Numbered from the stretch's first letter, positions 52,001-63,427 are shown. The stretch is DNA of 64,000 nucleotides from Eledone cirrhosa (GCA_964016885.1 OZ024740.1:316758001-316822000), one strand, 5' to 3'. Program-made: numbers and translations. The notes: generated by a model from the letters alone, not told the origin.

Positions 52001-55000
52001 TTGTTACAGATTCTGTGTTGGTCTTATAAGAGAACCAAACTACTACTTACATGACAAATGGTATCATAACTATGTAGTCTCACGTTCCACTGAGTGCACA
52101 GGAGAGGCTGTCACGCCTTTCCTGTTTCTTAAAGATTGGCCACAGTATGAAAAATTGACTTCTCTAGGTTTTGTGCGTGTATTTTTTTTTTTTTGTTCTT
52201 GAAATCTTATACGAGGATCGGCTGAAAAGTTCATAGGCTGATTATGAAGGAGTGATGTTAGAGCTGTGAAATCTTGCATGCATTAATTTCAACTCTTATT
52301 AATAACTGCATTGTTTCTTTCCAGGGACTATGTTGAAAAATAAACCTCATTTGGTCATCATTCCATGAGAGCATATTGGTCAGCCTATGAACTTTTCAGC
52401 CAACCCTCGTATGTAAATATCTAAATCTACAAAAACCATTCTACCTCTGCTAATAAAGAAAACTATGATGAAACAGAAAGTGTCAAAGAAAGAAAAAAAG
52501 CGAAAAATGTAAACAAATTAATCTTAACTTACTGATTGCCAAATTCTGAAGCAACAAAAAGAAATCCTGTCTTTAGAACACACATACTGGTTGCTACAGG
52601 AACGGTATCAAAATACTTGAGACGTATTTCGGTGACCTGTCAGAAGTTGAAGTGTAAAGCATAAGAGAAACATTTATGTTATATCAATCTTGTAAAAATA
52701 TGGGAATAAATAGATAGCAAAGATAGACAACATTCCTTACAAATGATAAAGAAGCATTAATATAATTACTTGTTCCTATATGATGATGATGATGTGTGAA
52801 TGAAGAAAGAGTGTGAAAGGCAATGTGTTAAAAGGTATAACATAACTGCATAAGAACTGCTGATTCTTAGGTTGTACTAGGATTGGATGAAAAGTTCATA
52901 GGCTGATTATGAAGGATTGATGCTAGAGCTGTGGAATCTTGCATGTATTAATTTCAACTCTTCTTATTAATAATAACTCCATTGTTTCTTTCCAGGGACT
53001 ATGTTGAAAAATAAATCTCATTTGGTCATTCCATGAGAGTATCTTGGTCAGCCTATGAACTATTCATTTGAGACTTGTAAGTTCAAATATTTCTTTAGAT
53101 GCTGTGACCATGAACACTGAACAATGAATGTAGATCTATAAAGATAGGGAGTAATGGATTCATCAAGGCCTGATGGATAACTAATGTTGATTTATGAGAG
53201 TTTCAGGCTATGACTATATATAGATTAGTATTGATAAAAAGAAGGGTTAGGTTGATAATGCAGAAGAGATAGACCATGGAAGACTTAGGATGAAGTGCTA
53301 GAAATTTTTGCACAAAAAATAAATTCTATTTACAATTATTTTGACCAAGAAACATAATAATTGTATTCTAATTTATACTCACCATATCTTCATCGATTTC
53401 CAGAGTTATTTTAAAAATGTCTCCCTGTTCTGTTTGGGCCAAGAAGAAGAACATTGACTGAAATAAAAGATAAACCAATTCAATGTCCATCCATGTTAAT
53501 ATGAAATGGGTTACTTTTGTAGAAAATACAGCACTTTATATAGACTAGAATGTTAACTATGTTCACTTTTATGGAAAAAAAATTAGGCATAGCAAGAGAC
53601 AATTAATTGGCTTTGTTTTTTTTTTTAGATTACATATGTAGGTATGTATGGGTGTCATACTGACATACAGCTAATTTCTTCCGGAGTGATAGAGAGGAAG
53701 TGTGTGTGTGAGAGGGGAAGGGGTCAACCCAGTACTCTTCTGGTATTTTTTTTTATTGATCTCAAAATGATAAAAGGTGAAGTTGACCTCAGCAACATTT
53801 GAACTGAGAGTCCAGAGAGGCAGAGAGCCGGAATAAACGACCCAACGTTATAACAACTGGCACCTCGTTACCATTTGTTTTTACATCATCCTGAATACCC
53901 TAACTAAATTATTTTAGTCTTCTCCTTTCTTGCTATAAAAAGAGAACAACAATTATAAATTACCTTAGTTTTGTGAGAAGCACTGCACACAAAAATCATC
54001 CCCCTTTCAGGGTCGTCAAGATCATTCTGTAAACAGAAACAAGAATTATATCAGAATATTATATAAAGGTAACAATTATATTTCTATAAACATCTACATA
54101 AGATCACACCAGATTAATGAAATAATCAACCCTAACTATATTAACCCTTCCAGGATCCCATTTCCAATGAAATACACTCTATTTTAATTATTAATTAATG
54201 AAGAATTTTGAGGGATTTACTAAAATTATTAATTATTTCATTACTAAGATAGCCACTTAATGTAAAGTTCTTATACAAAATTATCTTGGAAGATTTTAAT
54301 TTAAATTGGAAACTTTTAAAATTGGTGGTTTCATTTCATAGAAGCAGAGCCAGTTTTGGTCAGGTTGGTAACTAAAGGGTTCAACTCACACTATATTTAG
54401 AGCTTAATCCTTTTCATAACCAAACCTCCCCTCATTCTATGATACAAAAAACATTTACTGGAACTCTATTTACAGTAATGTTCAAAATATACAAAAACAT
54501 CAAATAAAGAGTGGTAAGAAACCCTTAAGAGAGCTGGACAGCAGGACTTCAGAGAAAAAAACCCTCTCAAGTAACTGTTTTTGGCCTTTAACTTCTGAAT
54601 CATTATAATAACAAAATTCTAATGAAATACAATGCCTATGATTTGTAATATATTTTTTAAATAATGAAAAATTTTGAGAATTTAGTAAAATAACAAATTT
54701 TGTCATTTGGAGTTGGAGTTCAAAACATCTTTGGAAACGATTCTTCCATAAAATTATGGAGTATTTTAATTTAAATATGAGAGGTTTTGTATGATAGAAT
54801 ACACATCATAGTTTTAATCAAATTCATATCAAAAGGGTTAAACAACATTTAAACAAAAGTTCATGCCAGCAAAGAAAAATAATTCTTACTCGTCTTCGTG
54901 GAATTGGACATCTAATGTCAGGCTGATCCCCAAAGTTTTTATATGTGATATAATTTTCAGAACAAATTAAGCAACCACTTGGACCATCACTACCTCCAGG

Positions 55001-58000
55001 AACTGTTGAAAATAATTTAAAAAATAATTAGATGCATGTTTTCTTTTCTTTTACATTTTTCAAGACATCACCCCTGATGATGTTGTAGTCTCCAAAGACG
55101 CTGACATTATAAGGAAAAGATTTGAATTGGAAAAACAGTTAAGTATTATCAAAAATCAGCTGAAAGTATTGTAATATCTGGACATAAATGACTAGTCCTG
55201 ATAGTTACATTTGACTGTACCAGCTTAATTACAAATATTTAACTTAAGTTCATAAAAAAAAACAGCAGTGATAAATTCAAACTGATGTGACCAAATCTTC
55301 CAATGCTGTTAAAATATATAGGGGAAATATCAGACAATATCACAAGTCTTGCTCAAGAATCATAAGAAAACTTGTTACTATTTCTTTGTCAACAACACCA
55401 ACTCATTTTTTCTGTTGTAGAGAATGCTTCCAATTACCTTGAAGCTATATCATCTGTTTTTGAGGGTCACTTTAAACTTATCCAGTCTCGTTTGTCCTAC
55501 CTTGACTCACATATCCTCTAATATCATCTCACACCAATCTTGTGCTCAGTATCAAAGAGGTTGAATAAGTATACCTGCTGCATCTTGTCACCTTAGCTGC
55601 ATGCTTCAAAACTTCCATGCTTCCTGAAATTCGCCAACACTACACCTGATATTCCCCCTCCATACACATGCACACGTGTCTGTGTATATCATGACTCATA
55701 CACTGTTCACTTTCCTGACATTTGTACATTATTCTATGTACAATACATGCACCTTTGATGAGTTGTAGTGCACCTGAGTACTGTACACAGTAATTTTCAT
55801 TATATATTTTTTATTAACTCTTAGTGTTCTATGCTACATGAAACCACATCCTTGAACAGTACAAAAAAAAACCTCTATGCCTCCATCACATTAACGATCA
55901 GTCTTTAGTTTTTTTAGTTTACTGTAAATGTTCATAACAATCTGTCCATCAGTAAAGATACTATAGACATCTAAATTAACAAACCTACTTTTAAATATTG
56001 TCTGCTACATCATTACAGTTAGAGTAATGTTAGTCATAAATGGAAACAAACATGTGAGTGGTTTATAAAAATAAGGGCTGTATATAGATTAAGTAAAATT
56101 CAGTGCAATGGACACAGTATGATATAGAAAAAAGGGACTTGGAGCAGCAAATATTCTTAAGATGGAAAAGAACAATCCTATGATAATGATGAATTACAAT
56201 TCTAAAAAATCTGGTTATTTCATCATCATTTTTACATTAACTTTACCATGCTGGCACGAGTTGGGCAGGACTTCTTAAGGCAATGTTTTACAGCCAGCTG
56301 CCCTTCCTGACACTGACCCTTTTAGTCACTTCTTATAAAACACAAGGATACCGTGTGCCTGTTATAAACTGAATATAGTGCAAAGAAAAGAAGCAGTAGA
56401 ATACATCAATACGAAGGACTTTGAAATATTTACCAGCAATCAGTGAATTAGCATGTTCTTCAAGCTGGTCAGAATATTTTCTTACAACATGGTTAAGACC
56501 AAGATCCAATTCATAATAAGTGAGCATCTGATGAGCCTGGAGGGCAGCTTCTCCGGTTGGGTCATTATCAGATTCCTGAAATACAGTTTACTTCATTAAA
56601 CAAATAAACAGGGTACATTTTTAATATCAACATGACATGAGAAATATAGGGAAATTTATGAATAAACCAAGGTGCTGGGAGTAATTGGAATTTGAAAGTG
56701 TGAGTGTCCCAAATGCAGAATATAGCAGTTAATCACTATAGATAATAGTTGAGAAAATTTGGTAAATTACTCTCAAGAGTATTGACCAGATTTTCTCAAC
56801 TATTATCTATAGCAATCAACTGTTATTACAGTTCATTTGTGCATTTGAGACTCACATATTTCCAAATTTCTTTTAAATGTTTAAACAACCTATATATATG
56901 TAATATAATGCAGTCATTTTAATCTGTATTAGTTGAACTCTTTCCGATTAATGATTTAAAGGGAAACTTGAATAAAGAGGATGAAATAATGAGGTATGGG
57001 AGGGAAAAATGGTAAGTGCATGAGAAGATACATATGTGCTAGACACATAACTTAGTGGTTAGGGTGTTTGGCTAATAACTGCAAGGTTGAGAGGTCAATT
57101 GTTTGTAGTAATATTTATCTCAACTAAATCATAATAATGGTCACTAAGGTAAAAAAAACATTCAAAGTAGCATAGATAATTAATGTTCACGTTATTACTA
57201 AGGCCATGCTGGGACACCACCATTTTATAATCATCTCTATTACATTATCCTCATAATTTTACATCTACTTTCCATGTTGGTATGGGTCAGACAGATTTTC
57301 ACAAATTAAATCAGTTTTTATTCCATGTTACTGCCCTCCCAAATGGGTCAGGACTATGTACATACCTACATTTCAGCATGGTTTCTACAGATGCATGCCT
57401 ACCTTAACACAGACCACTTTACAGAGTGAACTGGGTACATTTTATTGTGGCATCAGAACTAGAAAAGTTGTCATACCCTCAGCAAGATTAAAAGGTCCTC
57501 TCAACACTATGTTGTCTCCGCTAGTTTGCCAACTACTTTACAAAGTGTAAATTACCTTACATCAATGTTTCACAAGGGACTTCAGAATGGTGTGTATATA
57601 TACTATGCTATATAGTAACTTTGTCCAATCATGACGACGTGTATTTTTATTATTTTCCTTAACCCTGTAGTTTTTAACCGGTTGTATCCAGCCAGAATTC
57701 TCTCACCTCTTCCTGTTCAAACCAGCCATAATTGGCCACTCATACTGATGTTAAGGTAATGTTCTCAAAATAAATAATATCAAAATCTCATAGATTTGAT
57801 ATAACATGAAATAAAGCCATTACCATGAAAATTATCATCATCATTTTTTACGTCCACTTTTCCCTGCTTGCAAGGGTGGGACGGGAACTGATTCTGGCTT
57901 GATTTCTACAGCTGGATGCCCTTCCTAACACCAACCTCATTTACAGTGAGTGCTAGGTGTTTATTTGCCGTGGCACCTCCACGACCACTTTGCAGTGGAA

Positions 58001-61000
58001 TCTCATTTCTACAGCTGAGTAAACTGGAGCAATGTGAAATAAAGTGCCTTGCTCAAGGAAACAACACATCACCCGGTCTGAGAATTGAACTCACAACCTT
58101 TCGATTGCAAGGTTGAAATGCAGGGTTGAAAATACAAGGTTGAAAATACAGTAGTATATATAGAGGAATGTAAATGCTAAAGGGTTAAATCAAAGAGGGA
58201 CATAGGACAACATGGGTTGTGAAACACTGACTTATATAATAACGCTTTGGTTAGAAGAAAAACAAAGAAATAAACAAAATCTTACTTCATAATCTATTTC
58301 AAGACAAGCAAATGTAGGATTTTCAAAGCCTACATCAACTCCAACCATGTGGTAAACCAATGTGCTAGATTTATGGGCTTCAAGAGGAGAAGAAATTGTT
58401 AACCGAGCCTGAGCATCTCTATTCAGGATATATACTAATTTCTGTTTCTCCACAGCACCTGTAAAAGAATATATAACATTTATGACATGAGGATAAGAGT
58501 CCTAGTTATGTGTTTGTATATTTATTAAACTATGGAAAGAAATACTCAAAGAATATAGTTCTAGAAGTGAGGACAAATTTTATGACAAATATATAAAGTT
58601 TCATAATCAAGAGATATCATCAACATTTAACATATTTTCCATGCTTGCATTGATTAGATGGTTTGTCACAAAATGAGGCTAGACTGGGCAAGGGACTTTC
58701 CAGTGTGTGCTGGGAGCATTTTATTGTGATTCTGACACTACCACCTTAGTCAAGATGAAATGCTGCCGTGACTAGTTTCATGTACTACACGAATTTGCAA
58801 AACATTCATGAAAAGTACAAAACCACTGGCTGCATCACATTAGAAATTTTAAAGTCTTTATTTTAGTTTATTGCAAAATGTTCGCAATAATCTGATTATT
58901 AACAAAGATACTACAAACATTTGAAATGACAAATCTGTTTTTAGATATTTTATGCTAAATCATTATGCAGAGTTAAGAGTTAAGGTTTTCTATTTCTTAA
59001 TTTTCTCGTTAGACAAGCAGACAAAATATAAACAAGAAGTAAATATTTCTTATCACCTGTCATTACTGCTCGTCCCTTTGGATCAACAGCCAAGAACTGA
59101 CCAGGCACAATCCTCCTACAGCCACTTTTGCCAAATGTCTCTTGGTGGATCTAAAATATAAAAGATAAAAGTTGAATTAGAAAATTGAGATAAGGTACAC
59201 AAACATGTGGTGGGTAATACTATAATTTATATTTAAAAAATAAAATATGATGCACATGGACAATGATTGTTGTGTGAAGAAGTGCCAGGAAATGCCAGTG
59301 GAAGGCAGTCGTGGTAGAAAGACCTGGGCAGAGGTTGTAAGAGCTGACCTCAAATAAGAGACTCACAAAGGTGATAACAAAGAATCATGATGTGTAGAGA
59401 GATGCAGTGCTGAGAAGAACCCGTCCAACCCATGTAAGCATGGAAAAGCGGACATAAAAATGATGGTGATAAAAATATGCATAATTATAAGGATTACTTA
59501 TCAAAAAAATCAAAGACTTCAATCAACCATTTGTCCTGTCTTACTTCCATTTTACCATGTTGAACAGGGTATAAAGATTTTTTATATTGGAGCAAGTCTT
59601 TCTACAATTGGATAACCTGCTAATTGCTAACTACTCACCGTATATACTTAAATATAAGCCTAGGAATATGTGACCAAAATATTGATTATAGAAGGAGTGG
59701 TGGCTTATATTCGGGGGTCAATATTTTAACAATTGTCACCAACTTCAAATCATACATAAATAAGGTTTGGATTTTTGCCTATTTCTCAGACATAAAATAG
59801 TGGGGTCAGTTTATATTTGAGTATATACAGTAACTGTGGTCAGTAAGACAAATTGATAGTGTTATGTACTTTTCCAGGTAAGGGCTGAACTTATGAGCAT
59901 GTGATCAGTCCTCTAACGTCTTAATCTTACAAGTATTGTGTCTTATTTTCAGATCAGGAATTCAAGAAATTATTGAATTATTTTATTTGATGTTCAAATA
60001 AGAATCTAATTTCAAGAGTTACAAATCATTTAAGGTGGTTGTGCTGGTGACACAACAAAAAGTGCCCAGTCCACACTGTAAGGTAGTCATGTTGATGACA
60101 CCACAAAAAGCACCCAGTTCACACTGTGGTAAAGTGGTCATGTTGGTGATACAACAAAAAGCACCCAGTTTACTCTGTAAGGTGGTCATTTGAATGTCAC
60201 AATAAAAAGCACCCAGTCCACACTGTAACGTGGTTGGTGTTAAGGTAATCCAGCTGTAGAAACCAAGTCAAAATACAGATCCATATGAGCAAGACGTGGT
60301 CTCTGAACCTAACTTGTCTCATAACGTGACAATCCGTCTAACCTATGCAAGTGTGGAAAATGGTCATTAAATGATGATGATGAAGAGACATGATTATATA
60401 CACTGATTTTGTATTTATCATACTGCATCGTTAGAATAAAGAATATTAGCCTAATGCAGAGCTTTTATGTTTTTGTATGACCTTCTAGAGTTAGCAACAA
60501 AATCACCCTGAACCCTTTAGCATTTAAACCAGCCATATCCAGCCAGAATTCTCTCACCTCTTTCTGTTCAAACAAGCTGTAACTGGCAGCTCATACTGAT
60601 GTTATGGTATTGTTCTCAAAATAAATAAAATCAAAATCTTATAGATTCAATATTATGTGAGATAAAGTGTTTACCATGAAAATATAATAGTAAATATAGA
60701 GTAATGTAAATGCTAAAGGGTCCAACTGATCCTATAACAAACAAAATCTAACTTCTTTAATATAACAGCATGGTCCTTCACACCTGATGTCAGTATTATT
60801 CAATGTGATTCTGATCTAAGGCTTACATAAAGTTGACATAACCCATTGAAAAGTTCACCAACCAAATTAACATCTTTAGAGCAATGGCACATGGCTTAGT
60901 GGTTAGAGCATTGGCCTTGCAATCGAAAGGTTGTGAGTTCAATTCTCAGACCGGGTGATGTGTTGTTTCCTTGAGCAAGACACTTTATTTCACATTGCTC

Positions 61001-62377
61001 CAGTTTACTCAGCTGTAGAAATGAGATGATAGGGACTGAGGTCCTTATCATTCCACTGCAAAGTGGTCGTGGAGGTGCCACGGCAAAAAAGCGCCCAGCA
61101 CTCACTGTAAATGAGGTTGGTGTTAGGAAGGGCATCCAGCTGTAGAAATCAAGCCAGCATCAGTTCCCGTCCTACCCTTGCAAGCAGGGAAAAAGCGGAC
61201 GTAAAATGAAATGATGATGATGATGAGAGCAAACTACACAAGGTGAATAAAGCGTAACAATTACAAACATTTCCATTAACAAAATGATATTACCTTTTCA
61301 AATGCATTTTTAGATGGAAGATATTCAAGGATTACAATCCTTCCTGAGTCAGATCCAACAATAATATAATCTGAAGAGAAACAGATTTAAAAATTACTGA
61401 AACAGTTTTAAAAGAGAAACAAATTATGTTCAAATAGACTAAAAAATATTTATACTGAATAACAATAGCTGTTTTACCTCATTATGTGTTCAAATAACCA
61501 ATTAATATCATGTATTAATTCCTCTAAGAGGGATTAATACATGATATAACTGAAGTATATAAAGGGAAATCAAATTTAAGATCCTGAAAGCTGTTAAGCT
61601 TCATTCTGGGGAGCAACCAATATTTTTTTATCAGGTTCACCTATTTCTATAAAATTGGTTGTGTTTTATGTGTGAGGGACAATAAGAAATGATGAAGGTA
61701 GCCACCAAGAAGAGGAAAGTAAGAATTAGCATAAGCAGACTGAATACACTTCTTGGTTTAAAACCACCCTCTGGCCCTTGGGTGTTTTTAAATGAGTTCA
61801 ATGTTGCAAACATTCTCAGAATAATGTTGCAAACATTATTCTGAGAATAAATTCCTTTCATCGGGGTCTCAGAAGCCTTGCACTTAACATATATACTCAA
61901 ATATAAGCCAAGGAATATGTGATCCCTAAAAAATTGATGGTTAAATGGTGGGGTTGGCTTAAATACGCCATCTAAACAATGTGTTGATTAGCTGCTTTGA
62001 CTTATAAATGGGTTTGGGATTTTTGCCCATAACTCAGACATAAAAGAAGGTGAGATGAGGATGGGATCAGCTTATATTCAAGTATATATAGTAATTATAA
62101 ATTATAACTAATGTGAGCTAAACTGATAAAAATCATTAAAAAAAAAATTACCTTTAGTTCCACCAGTCAGTCGAAAAGGTAAGAGAGCTCTTATCACACC
62201 AAATATCTCAACAGTTAAAATAGTGTAAACTTTGCCAGTGTTTGGGTCAGGGCGTAAAAGCTCCAAGATTTTGCCTCGTGATACAATAACTTCCTGCTGT
62301 TTAGTTCCAGAGAAATTACCATGGACAGCTTGAGTTATTCCTGTTGCTCGTTGTAATGTCAAATTGTACAGAAACAT
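29241..62377 (-). CDS. SF3B3: Splicing factor 3B subunit 3 (SAP130), complete spliced CDS, 27 coding exons, 1217 aa
   Basis: Starts [24 protein letters not shown] and ends [14 protein letters not shown]. Exons joined by hand at GT-AG sites keep frame and total 3654 nt: 62152-62377, 61294-61370, 59057-59150, 58286-58458, 56434-56575, 54890-55002, 53964-54026, 53383-53457, 52533-52636, 51443-51608, 49574-49669, 48379-48451, 44834-44985, 44506-44661, 43852-44007, 42200-42343, 40958-41080, 40702-40856, 39766-39940, 36591-36796, 35757-36039, 34424-34636, 33718-33816, 32967-33110, 31123-31227, 30238-30333, 29241-29285. An acceptor AG at 62386-62387 implies an upstream non-coding exon, which was not located. 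Confidence 0.97.
29653..29853. repeat. Long inverted repeat (foldback) in the last SF3B3 intron
   Basis: Arms of about 90 bp (…AGCTGAAGGTG…GATGCTCTTCTCT / AGAGAAGAGCATC…CACCTTCAGCT…) around a ~19-nt loop. Confidence 0.8.
30238..30333 (-). CDS. SF3B3: SF3B3 coding exon 26
   Basis: [32 protein letters not shown]. Confidence 0.95.
31123..31227 (-). CDS. SF3B3: SF3B3 coding exon 25
   Basis: [35 protein letters not shown]. Confidence 0.95.
32967..33110 (-). CDS. SF3B3: SF3B3 coding exon 24
   Basis: [48 protein letters not shown]. Confidence 0.95.
33245..33477. mobile_element. piggyBac-type MITE family 1 (TTAA-flanked)
   Basis: Ends ...TAACTAAAGGG-TTAA; related copies near 34785-35014, 47811-48043 (inverted) and 54145-54379. 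Confidence 0.7.
33718..33816 (-). CDS. SF3B3: SF3B3 coding exon 23
   Basis: [33 protein letters not shown]. Confidence 0.94.
34424..34636 (-). CDS. SF3B3: SF3B3 coding exon 22
   Basis: RIPNFIMSI...[11 protein letters not shown]...[16 protein letters not shown]. Confidence 0.95.
35757..36039 (-). CDS. SF3B3: SF3B3 coding exon 21
   Basis: IALVRFS...[18 protein letters not shown]. Confidence 0.95.
36100..36500 (-). mobile_element. Two tandem Nin-like SINE copies in an SF3B3 intron
   Basis: Two cores CTGGTACTTTATTTTAT..CC..TAAG.ATGA.AGGCAAAG. Confidence 0.7.
36591..36796 (-). CDS. SF3B3: SF3B3 coding exon 20
   Basis: [22 protein letters not shown]...LDQNEAAH. Confidence 0.95.
36971..39531 (+). 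mobile_element. piggyBac DNA transposon with intact ends, antisense in SF3B3 intron 19
   Basis: TTAA TSD at 36967-36970 and 39532-39535; 14-bp TIR CCCTTTAGC(G/A)TTCA; transposase inside. Confidence 0.93.
37210..38888 (+). pseudogene. piggyBac (PGBD4-like) transposase with two frameshifts and one stop
   Basis: Acidic N-terminus; catalytic DDD motifs [20 protein letters not shown]; [14 protein letters not shown]; C-terminal Cys-rich CRLC...CSFC..LC..CF..YH; TAG at 38030-38032. Confidence 0.9.
39532..39760. repeat. 42-bp minisatellite, continuing at 36860-36970 on the other side of the piggyBac
   Basis: Unit AAAAGGGGTCATGGTTGGTATATTTCATTAGGACTATGTTATT. Confidence 0.9.
39766..39940 (-). CDS. 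SF3B3: SF3B3 coding exon 19
   Basis: [13 protein letters not shown]...[21 protein letters not shown]. Confidence 0.95.
40296..40545. repeat. About 250-bp segment duplicated at 41145-41400
   Basis: AAATGAAAGCTAGGGT...GCAAAGAAAACTATGGCATGTGGG present in introns 18 and 16. Confidence 0.85.
40702..40856 (-). CDS. SF3B3: SF3B3 coding exon 18
   Basis: [12 protein letters not shown]...[18 protein letters not shown]. Confidence 0.95.
40958..41080 (-). CDS. SF3B3: SF3B3 coding exon 17
   Basis: [41 protein letters not shown]. Confidence 0.95.
42200..42343 (-). CDS. SF3B3: SF3B3 coding exon 16
   Basis: [24 protein letters not shown]...LFLNIGLQ. Confidence 0.94.
42795..43052. repeat. 30-bp minisatellite
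   Basis: CTAGAAACATTATGTAATAAAGCATTTTGT-like units. Confidence 0.85.
43852..44007 (-). CDS. SF3B3: SF3B3 coding exon 15
   Basis: [20 protein letters not shown]...[12 protein letters not shown]. Confidence 0.95.
44506..44661 (-). CDS. SF3B3: SF3B3 coding exon 14
   Basis: [24 protein letters not shown]...[11 protein letters not shown]. Confidence 0.95.
44834..44985 (-). CDS. SF3B3: SF3B3 coding exon 13
   Basis: [50 protein letters not shown]. Confidence 0.95.
46158..46229 (-). pseudogene. tRNA-Asp(GTC) pseudogene
   Basis: TCCTTGGTAGTCTAGTGGTAAGTATCCCTGCCTGTCACATGGGAGACCAGGGTTCAATTCCCTGTTGGGAAG, 72 nt, collinear with the metazoan tRNA-Asp; stems weakened by CG>TG/CA changes. Confidence 0.85.
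48379..48451 (-). CDS. SF3B3: SF3B3 coding exon 12
   Basis: [24 protein letters not shown]. Confidence 0.94.
49574..49669 (-). CDS. SF3B3: SF3B3 coding exon 11
   Basis: [32 protein letters not shown]. Confidence 0.95.
50758..51148 (+). mobile_element. RTE-clade LINE 3' fragment
   Basis: EASMLRWMC...[12 protein letters not shown]...GRRVRGR; (ATG)n tail; related piece at 59255-59470. Confidence 0.8.
51443..51608 (-). CDS. SF3B3: SF3B3 coding exon 10
   Basis: [31 protein letters not shown]...SLSPIMSCQ. Confidence 0.95.
52212..52409. mobile_element. Tc1/mariner-type MITE
   Basis: TA TSD, ~30-bp TIR CGAGG..GGCTGAAAAGTTCATAGGCTGA; degenerate second copy at 52876-53065. Confidence 0.8.
52533..52636 (-). 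CDS. SF3B3: SF3B3 coding exon 9
   Basis: [34 protein letters not shown]. Confidence 0.94.
53383..53457 (-). CDS. SF3B3: SF3B3 coding exon 8
   Basis: [25 protein letters not shown]. Confidence 0.93.
53964..54026 (-). CDS. SF3B3: SF3B3 coding exon 7
   Basis: [21 protein letters not shown]. Confidence 0.93.
54890..55002 (-). CDS. SF3B3: SF3B3 coding exon 6
   Basis: (V)[37 protein letters not shown]. Confidence 0.95.
56434..56575 (-). CDS. SF3B3: SF3B3 coding exon 5
   Basis: [11 protein letters not shown]...[18 protein letters not shown]...SLIA. Confidence 0.95.
56688..56868. repeat. Long inverted repeat (foldback) in SF3B3 intron 4
   Basis: CTATAGATAATAGTTGAGAAAAT...TACTC-TCAA-GAGTA...ATTTTCTCAACTATTATCTATAG with extended flanking pairing. 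Confidence 0.8.
57663..58184. mobile_element. piggyBac-type MITE family 2 containing a nested SINE (57833-58112, - strand)
   Basis: TTAA-CCCT...ATGCTAAAGGG-TTAA; SINE-free copies at 60513-60720 and 63223-63427. Confidence 0.75.
58286..58458 (-). CDS. SF3B3: SF3B3 coding exon 4
   Basis: [29 protein letters not shown]...CLEIDYE. Confidence 0.95.
59057..59150 (-). CDS. SF3B3: SF3B3 coding exon 3
   Basis: [31 protein letters not shown]. Confidence 0.93.
59637..59832. mobile_element. MITE with CCGTATATACT(C/T)AAATATAAG-type TIR
   Basis: Inverted termini; related copy near 61888-62092. Confidence 0.55.
60885..61225 (+). mobile_element. Full-length tRNA-derived SINE with RTE-derived 3' tail
   Basis: A-box-like TGGCTTAGTGG, B-box-like GAGTTCAATTCT, core CCTTGAGCAAGACACTT, AGGAAGGGCATCCAGC, tail CCCTTGCAAGCAGGGAAAAAGCGGACGTAAAATG(ATG)n. 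Confidence 0.8.
61294..61370 (-). CDS. SF3B3: SF3B3 coding exon 2
   Basis: (D)[25 protein letters not shown]; canonical splice sites. Confidence 0.93.
62152..62377 (-). CDS. SF3B3: SF3B3 coding exon 1
   Basis: ATG; [13 protein letters not shown]...FRLTGGTK; donor AG|GTAA. Confidence 0.95.
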
Positions 62378-63222
62378 GATGATGCCTAAAGCAAAACAAA
62401 AAGAGAAAACATGAAAATATTCCCCTTATTCTTCGTTGTTACAATGGAAAGTATTAACAAGATAGAGATCATAAGAAAGCATATACTGTATTGAGTGGAG
62501 TCATGAGTATTCAAATAGAAAGCGAGTTCTTAAGTGCAATATGTTATGTGGTTAAGTTACTAAAGTTTTGGAAGCTGAAGAATTTGATTATTGGTTTTTA
62601 ATTTAGGTACCCAGTACACACTGTAAATGTGGCTGGTGTTAAGAAGGACATCCAGCTTTAGAAACCAGCAAGACAAAGTCATCTTATCTGACTTTTCTTA
62701 CAATGTAACAACTCATCTAACTCATGCTAATGTGGAAAAATGGACGTTAAATGGTGATGATGATGATACTATAAACATTTGAATTAACAAACTCATTTTT
62801 GAAATACTTTCTACTAAATCCTTATAAGATGGTAAAAGTTAATAAAGATTATTTTGACAGCTGATACAGGAAAAAAAAATACCAAAATGGTGTTAGATGC
62901 AATTCTTGTATGACAAAAGGAATTAAACCAACTTCTTTTCAGATGTGATATTATTATTAATATCATTGTATGTCTTTTGTGTTCTTACACATAATTGATT
63001 TATTTGACTACTGGGTCAATGAAACAGCTTGGCCATTCTATCAAATATAACTTCTGGATGTAAAGGATCACCTGTCTATGGTGGTATTCAGATAAATAAA
63101 TGCTGTAGGACATGACAGGTTAACGAGTTAACCCTTTAGCAATTTCTTCTGGTGAGGGAATATGTTTAATAACTGTGTGGCAGCTGAACTAACTTCATGT
63201 TGTATTATTGGTATTGATTTAA

Positions 63223-63427
63223 CCCTTTAGCATTTAAACCAGCCATATCCGGCCAGAATTCCCTCACCTCTTTCTGTTCAAACTGACTGTAACCGGCCAC
63301 TCAAACTGATGTTAAGGTATTGTTCTATAAATAAATATCAAAATTTCATAGATTCAATATTATGTGAGGTAAAGCCTTTACCATGAAAATACAATAGTAA
63401 ATATAGAGTAATGGAAATGCTAATGGG
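63223..63427. mobile_element. piggyBac-type MITE family 2
   Basis: TTAA-CCCTTTAGCATTT...AAATGCTAATGGG-TTAA. Confidence 0.75.

Noticed and set aside
55070-55110. C/D-box-like TGATGA...CTGA
   Set aside because: It is antisense to the host gene, too short, and lacks a terminal stem.
29286-62151. U12-type or non-canonical introns in SF3B3
   Set aside because: All 26 coding-region introns are GT-AG and none has the GTATCCTT donor signature.
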